A stretch of 64,000 bases of DNA, taken from IMG/VR virus record IMGVR_UViG_3300044816_000098, positions 90,157 through 154,156 of that record; one strand, written 5' to 3'. The position numbers and the translations under genes are program-made. Shown here one piece after another: positions 59,302 to 64,000 of this stretch. The number at the start of each line of letters is the position of its first letter. Positions within the stretch are counted from its first letter, which is position 1. The notes below the pieces were generated by a model that worked only from the letters and a program-made list of their open reading frames with translations, did not search any database and was not told the DNA's origin. Source of the DNA: a virus.

Positions 59302-60869
59302 CCGCACCCACGATCGAGAAGCCCCCTCCCGCCGGATGGCCGGAGGGGGCGCTCTACTACAGCCCGAAGGGTTTGTACGGGTTCCAGGCCGACGACATCG
59401 CCCGAGCCCTCGTCCTGCGCGCTGAGGGCCGTCCGCATGCCCTGTTCTCCTGGGGCACCGGTCTGGGGAAGTCGCACGGCCTGATGGCCACCAGCGCCTT
59501 CACGATCGAGGACCAAGCGGCAGACGTCGTGTTGCTGATCTGTGAGAAGGTCAAGCTCCAGGAATGGCTGGCGGACTTCCAGCAGTTCACCCGGTTCGAT
59601 ACCCGGATTCACCACGGTCCGAGCAGGAAGGGCAAGCTCGCCAAGCTCGGGTTCCCGCAGGTCCTGATCAGCACGTATGAGACCTTTGCTACCGATCTGG
59701 CCGTCTTTGAGGCGAATAAGAACGACCGAGGCAAGCATGCCGTCCACGGATGGCTCATGGGAGAGTTGATCAATTCCGGCCTCAAGCCGATGGTCATCTT
59801 CGACGAGTCGGACAAGCTCTCGAACCGTAAGAGTCGTCTGTACAAGTCGTGGGATCACGTTCTGCGTAACTTGCGTAAGAAGTACCCGAAAATGCCGGTT
59901 TACATGGCTTCTGCGACCCCGATCCGCCGAGACCTGGAGGGGGCGTACAACCAGCTCCGGTTGATGGCCCCGGGCAGCATGCCGCTGGTCGGCGAGTTCG
60001 AGAAGTACTTCTTGCGCGGTCGGGACATCTATGGCCGTCCCCAGTACTTCGACCACCGGATCCCCGAGTTCGTGGCCATGGCCGCACCGCTCCTGCTGAC
60101 CAAAAGCAAAGAGGACAAGGACGTCGTCGACCAGTTCCCGAAGCTCACCGAGGAGAGCTTGTGGGTCGACATGGAAGGCGCTCAGAAGGAGCTGTACGAC
60201 TTCGTCGCGGATCTGGACGTACCTGGCCAACTGACCGCCCTGCGGCAGATCTGCGCCCACCCGGCGGCACTCATCCACTCGGCTCTGTATGGGGAGAGCA
60301 AGCTCGCCAAGACGCTCTACGCCGAACTGGGTCCGGACTACCTGCGGTCGATCCCCTCCGCGAAGACCGAGCGACTCGTGGACTATGTCCGGCCGATCGT
60401 GCTCAACGAGCGAGCCAAGGTGGTCACCTTCTCCTTCTACGGCCCGAGCGTGTTGCCCCTGCTCAAGGCCACGCTGGAGGCCAAGGGGGTTCAGGTCTGG
60501 GTCCACGACGAGGACCACGGTATCCAGGCGTTCCGTACCTCGAAAGAGCCCGGCGTCCTGCTGTGCTCCGATGCGGCCAGCCGAGGGATCAACCTTCCCG
60601 AGGCCGAACACCTGATCGAGTACGACATAGCGGGCACCTACGGGACCCGGACCCAGCGGATCAACCGGGCCAGCCGGATCGGTCAGGGCGGGCCCACGCT
60701 GACGGTCCGGACCATGCTGATCCGCAAGTCAGTCGAGGTCAGCCTGTTGTACGGGATGCTGCGGGGTCACGCGCAGTCGGACGCCCTGCTGGGGGTCGGG
60801 GTCACAGGGGACGAGTTCCTCACTGCCGCCATGCGCCGCCGGATCCTGACCGAGGGCATGCACGACTGA
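59298..60869 (+). CDS. SNF2-family (SF2) helicase
   Basis: GTGLGKS, DESD, SATP, RGINL and QRINRASR motifs. Confidence 0.9.
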   Translation: MTAPTIEKPPPAGWPEGALYYSPKGLYGFQADDIARALVLRAEGRPHALFSWGTGLGKSHGLMATSAFTIEDQAADVVLLICEKVKLQEWLADFQQFTRFDTRIHHGPSRKGKLAKLGFPQVLISTYETFATDLAVFEANKNDRGKHAVHGWLMGELINSGLKPMVIFDESDKLSNRKSRLYKSWDHVLRNLRKKYPKMPVYMASATPIRRDLEGAYNQLRLMAPGSMPLVGEFEKYFLRGRDIYGRPQYFDHRIPEFVAMAAPLLLTKSKEDKDVVDQFPKLTEESLWVDMEGAQKELYDFVADLDVPGQLTALRQICAHPAALIHSALYGESKLAKTLYAELGPDYLRSIPSAKTERLVDYVRPIVLNERAKVVTFSFYGPSVLPLLKATLEAKGVQVWVHDEDHGIQAFRTSKEPGVLLCSDAASRGINLPEAEHLIEYDIAGTYGTRTQRINRASRIGQGGPTLTVRTMLIRKSVEVSLLYGMLRGHAQSDALLGVGVTGDEFLTAAMRRRILTEGMHD

Positions 60870-60893
60870 GGGGCCCTCCGAAGAGGGCCCCTC
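60868..60893. terminator. hairpin between the convergent helicase and array transcripts
   Basis: GAGGGGCCCTC-CGAA-GAGGGCCCCTC. Confidence 0.7.
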
Positions 60894-61229
60894 CCATGCC
60901 TCGCCTTACCCCGCCAGGTCCCGCCGTACCTCGCCCAGCCTGGTCTCGCCTAGCCTCGCCTTGAACGCCCCCACTAGCGCCGTGAAGCCCTGATGGGGAA
61001 CCCTGCCTCGCCTAACCAGACCCCGCCTTGCCCAACCACGCCAGGCCCAGAACGTCCCCTCCAGGACTTTAAAATCCCGGAGGGGTACCTTGCCCTGCCG
61101 TACCTGGCCCTGCCACGTCCTGCCGTGCCAAACCGCGCCATGAACGCCCCCGCACGGGTATTGAGCCCCGTGTGGAGTACCTCGCCTCGCCATGCCGAAC
61201 CTCGCCCGGCCAGGACTTGCCTTGCCGTG
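60894..61229 (-). repeat. array of four (GGY-NN)n pentamer tracts with three 37-nt hairpin linkers; candidate guide-RNA array
   Basis: Tracts 60894-60963 (14 units), 61001-61050 (10), 61088-61142 (11), 61180-61229 (10); linkers 60964-61000, 61051-61087, 61143-61179. Confidence 0.85.
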
Positions 61230-61238
61230 CAGAACAGG

Positions 61239-61282
61239 ACCCTACGCGAGAACTTGCACTCCTGCAATGCCGGGAGTAACGT
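61239..61282. promoter_or_regulatory. overlapping divergent sigma70-type promoters
   Basis: Minus: TTGCAG-N17-TAGGGT (61267 to 61239). Plus: TTGCAC-N17-TAACGT (61254-61282). Confidence 0.7.
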
Positions 61283-61405
61283 TCTCCTCGTTCGGAAGTT
61301 CACCCGCAAGGGGGAGCCCAAGAGCGTGCGCCCGTAAGGCCAGGGATCGTTAGGCCGGAGGGAAGTCCCGGACCCCTGTCCGGGTTCGACAGCCAGGGGT
61401 GAGTC

Positions 61406-61524
61406 ACGATGTTGGCAGAGTGGCCGAATGCACCGGTGGAGGACGGCGATACGTCCAGGACCGGAGATCCGTGAGGGGTATCGCCCCCTCCTGGTTCCGT
61501 GGAGTTCGAATCCCACACGTCGTA
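61406..61524 (+). ncRNA. tRNA-like RNA lacking a canonical anticodon loop
   Basis: 7-bp acceptor ACGATGT/ACGTCGT; D-arm TGGCAGAGTGGCCGAATGC; T-loop GTTCGAATC; extended arms with complementary loops. Confidence 0.7.
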
Positions 61525-62190
61525 CAAGGGGTGCACGGCCCAAGCAGATCCCTTACGTGCGCTCCCCACCAGCGGATGTCGGAGGACTAACTATCCCTCC
61601 GGCTCCGGCCTCAGGTCTGGTCCTACCTGTGCTGGGCAACGGGACCACCCCTCATCGCCCGGCGGGCTTTACTCCTTTCACCGCCGGGTGGCCCTGGACC
61701 CGCGTGCTGGCTAGATTCGGCGGGTTTATGCACCAGGTTCCCTCTCCTGGGGGCCGGAACGAGGTGGGGGCAGACGGGCGACGTGCACACATCTACTTCG
61801 CGGTAGGTGGTCGTCTGTTCGACCAGCGGCGTACTCCGTGCCGTGCCCCGACTACGGAGGAGGGGGAGGCATTCAGCCGGGCCTTTTTGGGTGGGCCAGG
61901 AAGGATGACCGGCAACGAGGTAGCTCGCCTCGTTGCCGCAGATGAGCGACGAAGGCCCTTCCCGGTGACAGACGGGGGAGGGCCTTCCGTCTGTCCAGAG
62001 GTGTTCACGACGGCATCAGTGGGGATCTCCAGCCCTGGCCCCACCAGCCCTTATAGGACCTTCAGGAACCTCACCAACACCAGCCCCTCCTGGCCGTAGT
62101 TGAGGAGGTACTTAGGTAGGGGACGTAGTTAGAACTCCCCGTGAAAACGTGCAGGTCAGTGGCCTGCTACGGCGATCCCGGGAGGAGGGG

Positions 62191-62199
62191 TGCTATGAT
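62191..62199 (+). promoter_or_regulatory. extended -10 element TGCTATGAT
   Basis: TGn-TATGAT upstream of the 62380 ORF. Confidence 0.4.
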
Positions 62200-62379
62200 C
62201 TGCCCCGAGCAACGACAAAGGCCCCCACCTCGGTGAGGGCCGGTCGTCCGGAAGGTGCGTCAACACCAGACCGGATGCTCACTCCCTAGTGACTCACGCA
62301 ATCCCGGGAGCAAGCCCTGTATCACGCAACCGTACCAGGCGCACTCCGTCTGGTCATCTCGATCTCCGCCGACCGTTCC

Positions 62380-63222
62380 GTGTCGACGTCCTCTCTCCGC
62401 ATGGTGCACGGGATGATCCCTGCCGTGGAGGAGAAGCTCGCCCTCCACGACGAGGCGTACATCCCGCAGGCCACCGTTGCCGAGTGCACGGGTCTGGCGG
62501 CCAGCAAGGTGCTCAGCCGGTACTACCCCAAGCAGGCTCAGGAGCTGGGCATCGTCCTGCTCTCCCACCGGGGGAAGTTCGGGATGGTCGCCACCAAGGA
62601 CGGCAACTGGCGGGGGGAGTCCTCCCGCTGGATCCTGGACCTGGACAACTACACGCCCCGGGACATCCCCGTCATGGACCTGGAGACCGCCCCGTACTGG
62701 GGTGACCTGGACTACGAGGCCATCGCCGCCGCCATGAAGCCGACGGACGTCACCTGGGCCAAGGAGCCCGAGGCGTACCGGCTGACCATGGCCCTGCTCC
62801 ACCACGTGGGTCTGGCCAAGGTGAAGGTGACCCCCTACCAGGCGGCCGAGATCTTGGGGAAGTCTCGGGTGACCGGCTGGAGGACCCTGCGCAAGATGAG
62901 CGAGATGGGCCTGTACAAGGACGGCTGGGTGGACGCCTCGATCCTCTTCAGGGACGCGACCCTGGCCTACGACCACCCCGAGCTGACGGCCCGTACGAAG
63001 GCCCACCAGGCCCGCCGGTGGACCGTGTTCACCCGGGAGGGCTGGGAGGTGCGGGACGCGGCCCGGCAGTGGCGGGAGATGCTGCCCCGGATCAGCGCTG
63101 TCTCCCCGGTGTCCGAGGTGTTCGCCCGCTACGTGGGGCACCGGCATCTGGAGGCCACGGTCCGGTACGTGCAGGATGTGTTCTCCCAGCCGAATGCGAC
63201 CGGCCAGCCCGCCAGGATTTAA
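62380..63222 (+). CDS. winged-HTH DNA-binding protein (possible replication/regulatory protein; start uncertain)
   Basis: TPYQAAEILGKSRVTGWRTLRKMSEMGL wHTH pattern. Confidence 0.6.
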   Translation: MSTSSLRMVHGMIPAVEEKLALHDEAYIPQATVAECTGLAASKVLSRYYPKQAQELGIVLLSHRGKFGMVATKDGNWRGESSRWILDLDNYTPRDIPVMDLETAPYWGDLDYEAIAAAMKPTDVTWAKEPEAYRLTMALLHHVGLAKVKVTPYQAAEILGKSRVTGWRTLRKMSEMGLYKDGWVDASILFRDATLAYDHPELTARTKAHQARRWTVFTREGWEVRDAARQWREMLPRISAVSPVSEVFARYVGHRHLEATVRYVQDVFSQPNATGQPARI

Positions 63223-63238
63223 AAATCGTCATAGGGGC

Positions 63239-63266
63239 TTGCGTACTACAAGGATCCTTGTAGACT
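63239..63266 (+). promoter_or_regulatory. promoter TTGCGT-N16-TAGACT overlapped by palindrome CTACAAGGATCCTTGTAG
   Basis: Same palindrome as at 15990. Confidence 0.65.
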
Positions 63267-63301
63267 GGGCCATGCCAGAGACCGAGTGCCCAGGAGGCTC
63301 C

Positions 63302-64000
63302 ATGACGATCACCGCGACTGACCCCACCACCAGCACGCCGGACATGCCCGGCTGCTTCGCTGACGTCGAGGTCAACTTCGCTCGGTACCTGCCCGGGTAC
63401 GAGGCGCGTCCGCAGCAGCAGGCGCTGGCCCTGGCCATCGAGAACGCCATCCGGGACCGGAAGCACCTGTTCGCCCAGGCGGGCTGCGGTACCGGCAAGT
63501 CCCTCGGCGGAGTCACCCCGATGATCCTCGCGGCCATCAAGGACGGGAAGCGTGCGGTGGTCGCCACCGCGACTAAGGCCCTCCAGGAGCAGTACGCGGG
63601 GAAGGACATCCCCTTCATCCAGGCCAACTCCGGTGTCCCCTTCAAGTGGGCCCTGCTCAAGGGCCGCTCGAACTACGTCTGCCGGGCCAAGCTCGTGAGC
63701 GACGAGGCCGAGCGTCTGGTGGCGACCCCCATGATCAAGGCGGAGCTGGAGGAGAACCCGGAGCACTCCGGGGACTTCGAGCACTTCGCGATCTCCGTCG
63801 ACCCGATGGAGTTGGGTCGTCTGTCCACTGGGGCTAACGAGTGCCCCGGCAAATCGGAATGCCCCTTCGGCGAGATTTGCTTCGCGGAGAAGGCCAAGGA
63901 GGCGGCCCGGGAGGCCGACCTGGTGATCACCAACACCGCGATGCTCATGACGGACCGGGTGATCCTGTCCAAGACCGCCCACCGCGAGAGCGGCCCGGTG
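63302..64000 (+). CDS. DinG/YoaA-family Fe-S helicase (runs off the window; absent from the ORF track)
   Basis: GYEARPQQ, AGCGTGKS, ATATKALQEQ and KGRSNYVC...C...CP...C motifs; AGGAGG RBS. Confidence 0.9.
   Translation, partial: MTITATDPTTSTPDMPGCFADVEVNFARYLPGYEARPQQQALALAIENAIRDRKHLFAQAGCGTGKSLGGVTPMILAAIKDGKRAVVATATKALQEQYAGKDIPFIQANSGVPFKWALLKGRSNYVCRAKLVSDEAERLVATPMIKAELEENPEHSGDFEHFAISVDPMELGRLSTGANECPGKSECPFGEICFAEKAKEAAREADLVITNTAMLMTDRVILSKTAHRESGPV

Noticed and set aside
61088-61142. Target for tract 3 (AT GC TT AC AG GT AG CA AC AG AA)
   Set aside because: Best by-eye match in the helicase (13/22, around the SAFTIEDQ codons) is too scattered to claim.
60894-61229. Canonical CRISPR array
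   Set aside because: The 37-nt units differ in their middles, the 'spacers' are periodic, and no cas genes are visible.
60906-61337. ORFs across the pentamer array (60906-61193 minus, 60993-61337 plus)
   Set aside because: Low-complexity translations produced by 5-nt periodicity; no RBS; fixed-length hairpins point to an RNA-level function.
61406-61524. Ordinary tRNA or tmRNA
   Set aside because: No 7-nt anticodon loop, no Ala-type acceptor and no tag ORF.
61357-61730. RNase P RNA (GAGGGAAGTCCCG resembles GAGGAAAGUCC; CGGGCTTT could form P4)
   Set aside because: Other conserved regions are not recognisable and the partner sits in a competing hairpin; needs an Rfam scan.
1-64000. Terminase, integrase or host flanks
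   Set aside because: None recognisable here; lifestyle and prophage status cannot be judged.

Overview
The window is 64 kb of a GC-rich actinobacterial myovirus genome with no host genes. Gene order and the portal, protease, capsid and sheath sequences resemble cluster-C mycobacteriophage / Rhodococcus E3-type myoviruses. The endolysin suggests a Streptomyces-like host (inference). Almost everything is on the + strand. Order: putative head-internal proteins (several with ADP-ribosyltransferase domains), portal, lysis cassette, prohead protease, capsid, neck, sheath, tube, frameshifted tail chaperones, tape measure, baseplate, three paralogous fibers, an SNF2 helicase, a 1.5-kb non-coding region, a wHTH gene and a truncated DinG helicase. 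The most striking element is at 60868-61282. It is a minus-strand array with its own candidate promoter: four (GGY-NN)n pentamer tracts separated by three covarying hairpins of exactly 37 nt. Read with every third target base skipped, the variable NN dinucleotides spell near-matches to motifs of the neighbouring helicase gene (e.g. W-D/E-T-G-L-G-K). This suggests a non-contiguous guide-RNA array aimed at related phages. A divergent promoter points into a structured region containing a tRNA-shaped domain locked by a kissing loop. Other signals are a 13-copy TGTC-N20-GAAGRGGTG late-promoter-like motif, an 8-copy GANTTWWAAATS motif, a shared MxxLWxxA leader on putative packaged proteins, and a His6 repeat. 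All calls come from reading the sequence; no searches were run.
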